From Bispira polyomma (lineage: Eukaryota): DNA of 64,000 nucleotides. The notes under the pieces are model-generated. The model did not search any database, was not told the origin of the DNA, and was given only the letters and a program-made list of their open reading frames with translations. Both the position numbers and the translations under genes were made by a program. The stretch is taken from assembly GCA_965649765.1 (NCBI GenBank), contig OZ287749.1, positions 100,502,001 through 100,566,000 of the forward strand, in the 5' to 3' direction. Below are positions 1 through 13,110 of the stretch, piece by piece. The stretch's first letter is position 1; each line of letters begins with the position of its first letter.

Positions 1-84
1 TATGTAATTGTCAAATGATTTTCTGTCTCATCTGCCTTAGAATCTGCTAGCACAGAGATAAGCTCTATAAAAGTTAGATTAGAT

Positions 85-312
85 TGGATTAGTCTGGCTA
101 TTGAAGGGTTCCCAAATTCGACTCCCACTAATGCCACAATTCTCATTGGTGGGATATAACATCATTGAGCAAGATGTGAACACACCATTGCATACTGATG
201 AGGACCCCAAGCTATGATGTGTGACTGTCTCCACAATGTCAGATAACAATCACCTAATTACAGGATGGCATATCAATAGGCGTGCTATGAAAATACTTCA
301 ATAGTAATAATA
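85..312 (+). mobile_element. Degenerate tRNA-derived SINE
   Basis: B-box-like ttcgactcc (~118-126), a CORE-like ttgagcaagatgtgaac block, and a tail ggcgtgctatgaaaatac followed by (TAA)n. Confidence 0.45.
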
Positions 313-2114
313 CACCAACATACAAATGTTGTAATATCTTTCTAATTAGCTCCTGGAAACCAACTTTGTTATGCTTCCAGTCTTCTGTTCTGATGTTTTG
401 AAAGTTACTGAATTGAATTTTTCTGTCCTTTTGTATCTGAGAATAGCATACAAGTGGGTAATGATCTGTGTCCTGCAGAGACTTCCTTTATAAATGTATG
501 CTGGTCATTCTGTAACATTGCAAGTGATCCCTTGTAATAAAACCCTCTTCCAGCCAACACAAACATATGGGGAGCTGTACATTTAGCTCACTGCCAGTCT
601 AACCGGTTCTAACAGGTTTTACTAAAGGCGACTTTAATTGAAATGCCAGTTCCATTTGGGTTTTAAAAGATAGATTGCTCTTATTCATGACGCCTTACTA
701 AGATTACTAATAAAAACGTGCATGGAGGGGGTTGAGGGAGGGAACCACTGATTAAATAAGCATTTGTATTGTGTGCGGGAGAAAGGGTGTGTAAACCATT
801 CACACACACATACACACACTGGTGAATAGGGAGTTGTGGGTGTGTGAGAGGAAGGGGGATGGGGTCCTCAATTTTACCTGCTTCTATTTCTGTCACTAAC
901 ACCTGATATTGAGCTTAATTAGATAATTAATACTATTATTAAAGATAGTTAAACGTAGGATGCTCTATAATTTTACTTAAATGAAAGAAACCTTGTAAAA
1001 AAAAAGTACATACAGAAATATATAATCTTAATAAAATATTATTGTCACAATACGGGCCTCAGTGTTAATGTCACTAAACTAAAAAAACAAAAGTTGGCGA
1101 AACTTTCCAACATGGCGGCGCCTATTACAGAGTGAAAACAATGACAAATTTAAACTCTATAATTTAGCACGGTCACATATAGCCAAAGTGAAGGCTAGGT
1201 CTGAGTAATAAGCGCGACAGAGACCCTCATACACTGATTGGCCGAAACAGTCTTGTGGTTCTGTGTATGTTGGGTGTATGGTGGGGTGTACAGATTTCCT
1301 GGGTAGTAAGGGGGGAGTTATTAAAAGAGGGGGGGTGGGGGGGTCAGCACCCTACACTGATTGGTGGATACTATTGGTTTGTCTGAATGTGTGTGTGTAC
1401 ACATGTCTGCTAAAGAAAAATAAGGGGGGTTAAAAGAGGGAGGAGGTGGGGGTGCTCGGAAGAAAAGAGGGGGTTTGAGATGGGGGGGGGAGACTGTGTG
1501 CCTCAACTTTAACAAAGGGATCCTCGGGTGAACACAGCACAAAGTTGACACTTAAACATCTCATCAGACAGAACAACCCTCTCAGGGGAGGGCAGGAGGG
1601 TCCAGCTCAAGTGGTTTGAAATTACCCACTCATCACAATACTTGGGGGAGGGGGGAGGGGGGGAGAGGGGGCTCAACACCTCATGTTGACTGTTATATTT
1701 AAAGTCTGTATGGGTTTGATGGTCAGGGAAGGAAGTACAACTGTAGATTTTGAAAAGGGGTAGTTTTTTTTTTGTGGGGGGATGATTTTTTTTGGTAAAT
1801 TTTATTGCACCAGGAATATACATTCGAACCAAGACGAAAACCTCAACACTTTGAGATACTTAAAGTATTTAAGGAAGCTGTTGTTCACATTGTATGTGAC
1901 CACATTGATTTTTTCAGAAGGGTGCAGTATCTCGCAATATCGTTGTTATGCTTATTTATCCATCAGAAGGATACAATTTATCCAAATTTACTGGGACTCT
2001 CGTTGTATTTGTCTTAAATATTAAACAGCAAGAACAGCCAAAACCGACACTCCCCCCCAAAAAAAACATACACACAATTGAATGTTCAGAGACATGACCA
2101 TAATCCAAACAAAC

Positions 2115-2320
2115 TCTGTAATGAAGTATAATAAAGATAATATTTAAAGAAGATTTTAAAAGGGCATTTGGGCGCTTGCATCCAAGTCAGAAATACAGAA
2201 CTAAATGGTTTAAAAGTTTTCAAGTTAAAAGTATAATAAATATAATATTTAAGAAAGATTTCAAAAGGGGGTTTGGGGGCTTGCCCCCAAGTTAGAAATA
2301 CAAAACTAAATGGTTTAAAA
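2115..2320. repeat. Two-copy tandem duplication (~110-bp unit)
   Basis: taatatttaa.gaagattt.aaaaggg..tttggg.gcttgc..ccaagt.agaaataca.aactaaatggtttaaaa occurs twice. Confidence 0.8.
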
Positions 2321-3054
2321 AACAGAGGGTGGCCACATATAAAACCAAATAAGATAGTCCCCATCTATTATTTTTTCTATTAAAGAACATGGATTAGCAA
2401 AAGGCAATGATAAATTTATTTTTATTTATTTCACACAATTAATACAATCAATAAACATTAATAGCACTAAAATTTCTTTATAGTACAGTTGTAAAGAAGA
2501 GTACCTTTAAAGTTTTACTAAACACATTTTACCTGAGTAACAAAAAAACCCTTTATCTAAATAGTCCTGAGTACAGTTATAAAGAAGAATACCTTTGAAG
2601 TTTTAATAAACAAATCTTACCTGAGTAACTTAAGCCCTTTACCTTAACACTGCTAATTAATTTTTTTAAGTAAGGGACCTTTGAACTATGGACAACCAAA
2701 CCACACATAACAAGTACAATGATTGCAATTATTTACTCAGACTGTTCCAAATAGTGGGTTAATTTTTAAGTTGCAATTAGAGATAGGTAATTAAAGCACC
2801 CTGCCCTCTCTTTTTCCTATTTTGCATTTTCTTTTGAAAACCAAAAAATTAATCAATTAAAAGGGATATACAGGCTTAATACGGGAGTTGTGTGTGTAGT
2901 AGTAAATGGCTAACTTTATCCGATTATATCGCGATATACTTCAGTTGTAGACAGACATCTTCAGGCTTAGTTTGGGAGGTGTGTGTACAGTAGTATATGG
3001 CAAATAATATCCGATCATAGCGCGATATACTCCATTGCTAGACAGGATTAGTTT

Positions 3055-3963
3055 TTATGATTCTGCCACACAATGATTTTGCCACACTTTTTACAGGGGG
3101 TATGATTTTTTCCTATTACCCCTTGATTTTGCCACATTATTTTTATTATATTTTAAAACTGTTTTTAAATTGAAATTTTTTTAAAAGAATATATTTTGGT
3201 AGAATAAAAAGGTAAAGTTTTTACATTTCCTTTGATGAATATATCATAAGTAATCCCTTTAGCTAACTAAAGTGGAGAAGCCATTGGTCTTATGGAGAAG
3301 CCATGTGTGTATCATGTGTGATAACTGCTCAGGAAACTGTTTCTCAAAGAGCCTTTGATTTTTTAAATTTTCTATGAGCCTTTGATTTATTTATTTTCTC
3401 AGATAACTGTTCAGGAAAGTTAATCACGTTTTGTTGATTCCCTTTTATGTGTGAGACAAAGTAGAAAATAGACATTCAGTAACAGTTTATTGCAATTTAC
3501 CAATACCACAGTGGATAAGAGAGAGTGATTAATCTTTAGAAACTCTTTAATTTATAAAGACTATAAAGTGCTTATTTTTTTTTATTGTCTTAAATGAACT
3601 GTATATAAAATAGCATATATATATATATATACATTTACATAATGTGCCTAAAATGAGCTATAAAGTGCTTATTTTTTTCTAAATATTTTATAAGTGTAAT
3701 AAACTGTCCAAAAAAGTGTGGCCAAATATTTTAAAAATAAAGTTTATTATCTGTACAAAGGGACTTCTTCTTTTTTTATTACCTGTAATACAATTTTCTT
3801 TTTCAAAAAGTAATTTTAGTGTAATAACTCCCCCCAAAAATGTGGCAAAATCAATGGACAATAGGGGGAAAAAAGTGTGGCAAAATCAAGGGGTAATAGG
3901 GCAAAATCATACCCCCTGTAAAAAGTGTGGCAAAATCATTGTGTGGCAAAATCAACGGACACC
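3055..3963. mobile_element. Non-autonomous foldback-type DNA transposon with modular TIRs
   Basis: ~85-bp inverted arms (3058-3140 vs 3875-3955) built from GATTTTGCCAC/GTGGCAAAATC subrepeats, with an AT-rich non-coding interior. Superfamily unassigned (MULE/foldback-like by pattern). Confidence 0.8.
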
Positions 3964-4462
3964 GCTTGACAGACCTACAGGGTTAATATGGGAGTTGTGT
4001 ATGTAGTAGTATATTCCAAACTTTATCCGCTCATATCATAATAAACTTTATTGCTGGACAGACCTATACAGGGTTAATATGGGAGTTGTATGTACAGTAG
4101 TATATTGCAAACTATATCCGCTCATATCGTGATAAACTTTATTGCTGGACAGACCTATACAGGGTTAATATGGGAGTTGTGTATGTAGTAGTATATTGCA
4201 AACTATATCGGCTCATATCGTGATATACTTCATTTCAAGACAGACCTATACAGGGTTCATATGGGAGGTGTGTGTACAGTAGTATATTGCAAACTATATC
4301 CGCTCATATCGTGATCAACTTCATTTTAAGACAGACCCATACAGGGTTAATATGGGAGATGTGTGTACAGTAGTATACTGCAAACTTTATCCGCTCATAT
4401 CATGATAAACTTTATTGCTAGACAGACCTATACAGGGTTAATATGGGAGATGTATGTACAGT

Positions 4463-4930
4463 GAATCCAGGACAAAATGCCGGTGGACAAAATGCCGGTC
4501 AAAATTGCAAGGGTGGACAAAATGCCGGTCGGTTTTGGGCCGGGGTGGACAAAATGCCGGTATAATTATTTTGGTTTATAAATATTTGAAATAAAGTTAA
4601 CTTTCAAACACTGATATTTTCAATTGAAATTATTTTGGTTTATAAAAATTTGAAATAAAGTTAACTTTCAAACACTGATATTTTCCATTGAAAAGTACTC
4701 TGGTAACTTTCAAACACTGATATATAAATTTTCAATAATTTGTCATATATTTGTTAAATTTTTTAACTTTTGTTTTTGTTTTCCTTTGAAAAGTGCTCTG
4801 GTAACTTGTCCCAATAGGAATAAAGAGTTATTTAGGGGTAAATGCAATCCTCTGGTTTTGAACTATTTCTTTGAAAACTTGTCCCTTTGAATCATTCCTG
4901 TCTTTGCCAATAATAATCCTTTGTGATATT
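4463..4930. mobile_element. One-ended foldback-type transposon fragment
   Basis: Four GGACAAAATGCCGGT subrepeats at 4470-4561 and an internal ~65-bp duplication. No matching inverted arm. It interrupts a minisatellite unit. Confidence 0.65.
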
Positions 4931-5638
4931 ACCCATACAGGGTTAATATGGGAGATGTGTGTACAGTAGTATATTGCAAACTTTATCCGCTCATATCGTG
5001 ATAATCTTTATTTATAGAGAGACCTACACAGGGTTAATATGGGAGATGGGGTTAATATGGGAGTGGGGAAACTAAACTATGATCAAACTATATCCTCATT
5101 ATCCTCAAATAGCGGTACAATATCCTCCATATCGCATTTTACCCCCATCTAAAATGTACAGGGATTATCGTCCATCCCAGAAATAGGGTAGATGCTGCAC
5201 CATACTCGATTTTTTTAGAATAAAACCCTGGAAAGATAACGTTTGGCATGCTAGCCTTGCAAATGGTGATGAGAATTATTTCTCTTATTTAATTTCAATA
5301 TGCCTTGATTTTGATTTATCCAAATAAAGGGAAGGGCTTGTCCATTAGGGCAGTTTCCTGTGAAGGGGGATTTCCATGAGGGTAATTTTTCATAGGGACA
5401 CTTTTTTTCCATCCATCGGCCGGAATATGTGCATCACTTCACACTTGTTACATTATTAATAATACAAAATCTTTACTTTGTTTTCTCTGTACATTTTAAG
5501 AATATACAAGTTAAATATGTACACAAACTATGGAAGAGGTTCAGTTATATATACAAAATCAATTACAATGAACTAGATGTACAGATGTAGTTTAACATGG
5601 AGTCTATTTTAGCCTTGTAAACACTTCTGCCCGACACG

Positions 5639-5790
5639 TAGCCTTTCTTTACAATTTGCAACTAATTTGAATTATGAAAACATTTAATTGGCATAATGTA
5701 CTCATATGAGTAACAGCTTCCTTCATAACCAAAAAAGAAGTAAACATTTGACTAAGAAAGAAGTAGCTGTTTCTTATATGAGTACACTAG
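5639..5790. repeat. Palindromic dispersed repeat, copy A
   Basis: tgtactcatatgagtaacagct...agctgtttcttatatgagtaca hairpin (5697-5786). Related to 8740-8901. Confidence 0.65.
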
Positions 5791-6765
5791 CATGAATTAA
5801 ATATACAGGATTAAAAAAAAATGGTAGACCGTAAATTGAGAAAAATAGCATTTACTAATTTTTCGCCCAATGTTTAGCACATTTGCACATCGCATCAGGC
5901 GATGCTTTTTCATCAAGAAATGTTAACCCTACATATATTATTGAACTGCAACAAATTGTACAGGAAGGGTGGATAAATTTACTCCAATAATCCTTGCAGA
6001 CCCTTATTCAAAGCATGCATTAAAAGGATGGCAGCCATTGTATGTAATATATATATATATTTATAATTTTGCATTTGCCCAACACACCTTATTGATGCGA
6101 GAAATCTTCTAAAGTGCAACAACTGAATCACTTAACCAATAGAGAAGTCCACCAAAAAAAAATGTCCAAGTTATTTATTAAAAAAATATTATGATTTTAA
6201 TACGTTGAATTACTTCCAAGGCAAATGATACATTTTTAACAAAAAAAGAGCCTTAAGAAGGGCTAACACTAATAAAGGAAACCTCCATTATTTCTATTGG
6301 GGAGAGTATGATAAAGTCAGCCTTTATCCAGGCTAACATTACTGCTAATATTTATGGTCACATCAAGTACTTCAATAGTCTTTGTAGAGCATTCAGAACA
6401 GCTGAGAAAGGTTCTAATAAATCTTGAGACATTTCCTGCCAAGTATTAGACTAAATCTTTATCAATCTCTATATTTTGGGGGCTAAATCAATAACAATAT
6501 TTCTGTGTAATGATCCATAATGGTGGAAAAAAAGCTAGTCCTAACCCTCTAAAAGTACATAATCCTGTCAGGGACATAGGAAGTAGCTTCAGTGTGTCCA
6601 ATAATACCACAGATTTATCCTTCAGATGGGTCATTAGTAATTTACAGTACCAGAATATTCCATGGGAAAGGAGAATTGTTCACTCACTCAAGAAGGTCTG
6701 TTCTTTCAAAACATGGCTTTTATCTGCATTAATAGCTTGAAAATGTGTTGTGGATTAATTCTGAA

Positions 6766-7357
6766 GGCCTGGTCGCATTCAGACGTGCATCCGTGACCCC
6801 TCATAGTGGGCAGTTACACCACATATCTAGATTTATACGACGAACACACCACTTCATCGCCCCCTAACCTTCCAAAAATCCCTCCCCAGACGAAGCTGAG
6901 GTGTGTTCAAAACGAAACTGTGACGGCTGTGCCGCAGAAATGAAACGTATGTTCACTAAAACCTACTAATGAGAAACAAAGACAAAGCGAACAATAAGAA
7001 ATACCTACTAATACATCACTAACCACAACAATAGTTTACTAACGGCGACTAATTGCAAATAACGTGAAACGAGCCAACACAACCTGTTTCAGATAGAATG
7101 TTTCAAAAGTAATCAAAACCTCTACCTCTCCACCCCCTTTCCCTCAACAAAACCCCTCACGAGTGCGCATTCATCCCTGAAACTTTTGAACATTTAAAAA
7201 GTTTCGCTGCTAAAGCTCTTGGATACCAACGAAGACTTCTGAACCGCTCCTACATACTGTAGACAAACTAAAGTAAAGCCGAAAACTACTGCCACTGATC
7301 GCTATGCAAACATCCGTAGTGCGATTGTGGCGGGCATCCGTGTAAATGAGACCTAGG
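6766..7357. mobile_element. Degenerate PIF/Harbinger-like MITE
   Basis: Left cctggtcgcattcagacg vs reverse complement of right ctaggtctcatttacacg. CpG-rich interior. Confidence 0.5.
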
Positions 7358-7489
7358 GCATTGTATAGTTATTGGGCAAAAGGAAAGTAAGATATTGTGT
7401 TTAGATTTCAGAAACCCTCACCAAAATGGCAACAATAAATATGTAAAAAACCAGATTTACCAAAAAACCAAGACCTACTCAATTAATTG

Positions 7490-7725
7490 TGTTATTCATT
7501 TATTGTATAGTGGTATGTACAATCATAATAATAATGTCAATTACAAATCAACAGATTACAAGTAAAAAGTACCCAGCCATATATGAGCTGATGTGTTACT
7601 GCTGTAAACATAAGTTAATTTGCAAAGAGAAATATTATATCAGCTATACAATTTAGAATTTCTCTCAGACCATAATAACTCTTGAACATAATTCACAACT
7701 ATATTCACTTTTGATTAAACACACA
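7490..7725. repeat. Dispersed repeat, homologous to 27445-27655
   Basis: Shared ttattcatttat...atgtacaatcat and tacaatt.agaattt.tctcagaccataa...aactatatt blocks. Confidence 0.65.
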
Positions 7726-8349
7726 CGTGGTCGATTGTTCAAAATACCTGGACTAAAAGAAACCGTTTTACAAAAGGCGTTTTTTAATTCAGGGGGTAAA
7801 CTCAAAAGTTTCGATAAACAAGGTCAAAGACACTATGTAACCTTGACACAAGTTTGGATTATTTTGTATATTACAGACATAAAACTATGCTTTTTCCCGG
7901 ACAAATTAAAGTTTCTATGTGTAAACAAAAAAACTTTTCACCGTGTCTTAAATTGGCTACCTCTCCCAGTAATCTACTTCTGACCAGATCGTGTTACTTG
8001 ATACATTGTACTTATTAAAGGTAATATACATTTTAAATGATTTTCAACTCCAAATAACATTTTTATTGGCAAATTTGGTCCTTTACCAAGGCTATCTACA
8101 GAGATATAAATATGCAGATAAATCATTTGAACAATGTGATACCATTCAAGGTTTAAATGGTGATGGGAGTTTTAAGTCCTATTTTCCTGTCACTGAACCA
8201 CAGATAATATTTATACATATATGCAGATATGATTCATGTTGAGATATGTTGGCTTTGAATCACCACTGGCCTTCTTTGATAATAACATATCCCATCTAGC
8301 CCTGCTTAGGGCTTATGTCTGTCAAGGAAGAATTGGGAAATAATCTTAA

Positions 8350-8698
8350 ATATGTGTAAATGTAAATATGTGTAGGTTTATAGTCTAATATCACCTCTAA
8401 TGACGTCTAAGCACACTTTACAGTTTACATCCCTAGGCTAGGTTCTTCCAATTGTCAATCAATTGTTCAATCTTAGCTCCCTCAGGAAGCATATACTAGC
8501 CATGCTGCCACATGCGACACACAAAAAATAACGCCCATTAGCAGCCAGGTACCTATTTTTACACCTGGGTAGAGAGGGACAACTTTGTGTGAAGTACCTT
8601 GTCCAAGGGAACACAATCTCCAGGTCAGCAAGGAGGATTGAACTGGGACCCTCAGATCTATCGGACCCAAAGTCTGATACTCTAACCGCTAGACCATG
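8350..8698 (-). mobile_element. tRNA-derived SINE with CORE-like central domain
   Basis: Minus strand: A-box TGGTCTAGCGG, B-box GTTCAATCC, central ccttggacaaggtacttcac...acccaggtgtaaaaataggtacctg, and a (TTTACA)-type tail. Confidence 0.85.
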
Positions 8699-8739
8699 GA
8701 GAAATATTTGTACATTGAATTGAATTTAGGAGAATTTAA

Positions 8740-8901
8740 TGTACTCATATAAGTAACAGCTTCTTTCTTCTTTTCCATGGCCAGGAGAAATAAGCAACTG
8801 ATATTATATGCATATGGGCATGCATTGTACTCTAAATTTTGAAGCATATGTTGAAAAATTAGTTGCAAAACCTAAATAAACATCAGCCTCCCAGAAAGGC
8901 T
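8740..8901. repeat. Palindromic dispersed repeat, copy B (inverted relative to A)
   Basis: Shares tgtactcatat.agtaacagcttc and, in reverse complement, tagcctttct...ttgcaactaattt with copy A. Confidence 0.6.
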
Positions 8902-9118
8902 AATAGATACCCCCCCCTCTCCCCCACACACCCTCACACACACCAGATTTTTTCAAGCTGAAGTATAGAAGTCAATAACTCAATGATTTCCTCCATGTAA
9001 ATAGACTCCATGTCCCCCTCTACCCTTCCCCTCCTCCTACCCCCACCCATAAGCTTAAATACACACTTATAGAGAAGGTGAACATTATTGTAAGTGTTTA
9101 CACATAAAATACACACAT

Positions 9119-9152
<34 letters not shown>

Positions 9153-10067
9153 TCTATATAGTGGGGTCTGAAGGCAGCACATATGGTTCTGGTTGTAATG
9201 CATGCTAACATGATAAAATGTCTCAGTCCTCACTGTGTACACACACACATTTAGAATTCTACAACTCAAAAGCCTGTGAAAATATTTAGATTGTATCAGA
9301 AAAGTTAGACAGCCAAGCCAGTAGTATTATAATGATAAACCCAAGCCAGCCTCGGCTTTGCGTTTGGTAAATAGATGTGCATGGTTTCAGCAAAGTAAAC
9401 AGACGCACACACAAACACAGGAATTTCCGACGATAAGGAATGTTGATCTAATGGCTTAGCAAGGGAGGGTTCGGTTCAACTTGATCCTCATCGTGTATGT
9501 ATGTATATATGTAGGTATAGCTAGAATGTACTGTAGACACTTTGTGCAGTATTCTTCTGAAAAAAAGAAGTACTCATTGTACTATATATATATATATAGA
9601 GAGAGAGTACATAAACCAATAGTGTATTACTCCCTCAACTGAATTGTAGACATTTTCTAAAGCATTCAGACTTTATTATCAATTAATATATAACAATTGT
9701 TTCAATGGAATGAGAAATGAGATCAAAATAACACAAAATTCAACGCCTAAAATTTTAGTAGTTTTCTAGAAATATTTTTCCCCCTTTCCTAAATACATAG
9801 GAGATTTTTTTTTTTTTTTTTATTATATAAAGGTCACGTGATTTTACCCACAAGAAACCAACTGTGCATTAAAAAACCGAAGGTTTAAAACATGGGTAAC
9901 TAAATAGTGCTATTGTTTTTGTCTCTAAATCTAACTAAAAATGACAACAATGCACAAACTGTTTTGGCTTTCGAGGAAGCTGAAAAGGGGAGAGTTTTTG
10001 TGTAGAAATTTGCTGTGTGTAGCAAAGCAGCCCTCCCCCTCTCCCTCCCATTTCCCCCACTGATCTT

Positions 10068-10160
10068 TCCGCCCGCCCAGCTGTGTATTGATTGGTCCTC
10101 TCTATTACCATACATCTCTGACAGACACCCCCGGAGACTTCCTAGCAACCAACAGTGGTG
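10068..10160 (+). promoter_or_regulatory. Promoter-like motif cluster (GC box, CCAAT box, RFX half-site)
   Basis: ccgcccgccc, gattggt and cctagcaac within ~90 bp. No linked gene identified. Confidence 0.35.
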
Positions 10161-10673
10161 TTTTAGTCAGTACTCATCGACACAGCCATCTCAACACAAC
10201 AACTTGGAGGCCATTTGGAAATTGCAGTTTAATCTATATGCTTTATGTTAAGTGCAGCCTTAAACCTAGTTTATTTTACTGCTTTCTCGTGGTCCTAAGA
10301 TTAGAATTGCATACTTATCATCGCCACAATGTGTCGTAATGTTAAATAATAGTTAAAACGTCTGAGTTGGTGGTAGATATATATTCAAAACTTAGACTCA
10401 TGTCTCGATGGTACAAAATACCTTGTCATTTTGTGGTCACCTAATTATGAGATGAAAATTACAAGGAGAAAAATGATAAACCAAATTGTCGTCTGCTTGG
10501 CGGTGCTATTATTAACCAGCTGCGCCGAATCAAGTAGGTGGAATCCCCTAATTACGGGCCGGCTCCATTATCTCCTTTTTAACTGCCATGAATTATGTAA
10601 TCGTCTTAATTGGCCCGTGAAATGGCCACTGTTGGTCATTTTTGATCACTGACAAATCTGGCATTTTAAACTA

Positions 10674-10674
<1 letters not shown>

Positions 10675-10761
<87 letters not shown>
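10675..10761. repeat. (TA)n microsatellite, ~43 units
   Basis: Direct observation. Confidence 0.97.
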
Positions 10762-10764
<3 letters not shown>

Positions 10765-11402
10765 TTACTTTGCTTTCAAACTTCAATATGCGGTTATATG
10801 GGAGTATATCAGGCAAAAGTGAGATATAATTCATCCCATTAGCAGAACAGACTACTGAGCCACCATAGCTTATAAACGAAAAGGCATCCAGCCTGTTTTA
10901 CTATACAAGACATCTTTTATCAGGCGAACCCTGATGTTGTTTTCGTTCTGAAAAGGGCACCGCCATCTTAGAAACAATATGTAAGGCTTTCATGGATTGG
11001 TCGACCTGTCAAAACTGAGGGGTATGTCAGATTCTAACATGACACAGCTGTGTCCGCGATTCTGATTGGTCGACAGCCTCGGTAAAATTCTGCATATACC
11101 CATCAGTTTCATTACAAAGGTAAAATGGAACAGCCTATGTTTATTTACGTTTATTAACAAAATACATGGTTATTTAAAAAACATGAAGGCAAGTTTTATC
11201 TTGTTTACTATTTTGTCATGTTAGAATAGGAATAACACACTCCAAAGCATGGTATACGCAGAATTTTACCATGATTCAAAGCATGGTATATGCAGAATAC
11301 CATGCGTAATACCATGCAGAATTTTACCATTCTTCAAGGATCAGACCTTGAATCATGGTAAAATTCTGCGTATACCATTCTTTGGAGTGTGTTATGCTTA
11401 TA
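10755..11402. mobile_element. Non-autonomous element with hairpins at both ends (Crypton-like by pattern)
   Basis: ~50-bp inverted repeat 11228-11280/11347-11400 (aataacacactccaaag.atggtatacgcagaattttaccatgattcaa), a second IR at 10755-10830, two internal gattggtcgac motifs and a further partial arm at 11081-11100. Confidence 0.6.
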
Positions 11403-13110
11403 TTTGCCTGAGTATATAGTGACCATGTAAACATATTTCACACAGTGCACCGGTGTCTTTTTTAAAAGACAACTCTTGTTTAGATATCACACTTTAGTGA
11501 CCATGTCAGTCACCTACTGCCAAAGTAAATGTAATTGTTTGAGTGTTTTTTTTTTTTATCATATTATGTTTTCTTTACATATTTTTTTTTTTTTTATATA
11601 TAAACATTCATGATAACAAAATTGATGGTTATGAACAAATTCACACACATACAGGAACAAGTTAGGTGTAACAACACAGCCGTTTTTTAAACTAAAAACT
11701 CCAGTTGCCAATATACATCTTTATTTGTTTTGATATTTGAATATCTTTTGTTAAAATATCTAGACAAATATAAACCTTCTAAGAAAACGTCGGAGAAAAA
11801 AAAAGAAATCTCGCAAAAATGTCCTAGTTTACGGTAAAAGGCCCCCATTCGACTTTCTGTATCTAAAACACAATTATTCATTGTCAACAAAATGCGGGAG
11901 TAAAAACAGCCACTTATCATAAAGTAAGAGCAGGGGGGGGGGGGAGGGGGAGGGGAGGAAGGGGGAGGGGGGAGGGGGGGAGCGATCCCAAGTGGGAGTG
12001 CTTTAAAAACATTAGAACCAAGAAAATGGAGCCATTTGAAACGAAAGATGTTGTTGATACACAAAGCACAAGGTGTCGAATGGCCATCAAGAGAGTAGAT
12101 TAAATGTGACGGTGGATTTTTTTAAACACATAAAACATTATGTATTTGTGATTTATGTTTGTTAGTTTGGTTCACCTTGTTCTCACAAATGTCTTACCAT
12201 AAAAGCAAAATTCCGTTGTTTGGTGCCAGAGGTTCCTAGCACAAAATCTGACTTTATTGGAAGAAAAATATCCCTCCATCTATTTTTTGGAATAGAAGGT
12301 AAAAACAACCTCCCAATAGAATATCCTAAATTTTGGACACCGGTCAAACATTCCCAAGAAGTAGCCACGAATAAAACCACGACATCCACAGAAACACCAT
12401 CGCAATCACTTGTGGCCACCCGTTCAAAAATGGCTTGAAAATGGTGATGGTGAAATCTTTGGTTTGTCAAGATGCTACAATGGGTTAATCGAAGAATGAT
12501 TATAGGGTATTGCTAAGTATGTGCAAGGTTCATCACCTGAAATTCTGAAAAAAAATTACAAAATGTTGATTTTGTTTTTATTATCATTCCTGCTAATGTT
12601 ATATTCCCCCTTTGTGTAACGTCATTGGTATGTTTTTCCTTTGTGATAACTGTCTGAAAGATTTTACTTTAATGATACACATGTAAATTATCAAAATGTA
12701 TCCTAAACTAATTGTAACGTATGGCACATCAAATAAAATATCTATCTCTTCAGTTTTTGTTTCAATCCTGTAGCTAGACCAAGGTGTGTGATAAACCAAG
12801 TATAAACCAAACAGATGTACAGCAAGTATAGCCTACAGTGGCAATTATGCATCATAAATATAATCAATAAAACACAAGAAATACGTTTGGGCCATTTATT
12901 CATATCATTTCTACACATTGACATGTTAGTGTGATTTTAGTAATATTATATAACAAATCTAAGGATGATATTAGAAGTACACAACCTTCTGCAACAATAC
13001 ATTTTATAGAAAACATTAACACACGTATATATAAACAGACACAGATGTAGTTTCAATACAGATTTTAGCCAGCCCATAAAATGTAAACTGAAATGAGGCT
13101 ATGTATATTA

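Larger units (their letters stand above)
2868..5065. repeat. ~91-bp minisatellite array interrupted by two transposon insertions
   Basis: Unit acagggttaatatgggag..gtgt..agtagtatattgcaaact.tatccgctcatatcgtgata... at ~3977, 4068, 4159, 4250, 4341, 4432 (partial), 4937 and 5028 (partial), with diverged units at ~2868 and ~2962. Confidence 0.9.

Noticed and set aside
405-512. Minus-strand peptide HTFIKEVSAGHRSLPTCMLFSD, faintly transposase-like
   Set aside because: Too short, stops immediately and has no catalytic motifs.
3977-4460. Regularly spaced repeats resembling a CRISPR array
   Set aside because: Whole units repeat with no unique spacers, no cas genes, and a eukaryotic context. It is a minisatellite.
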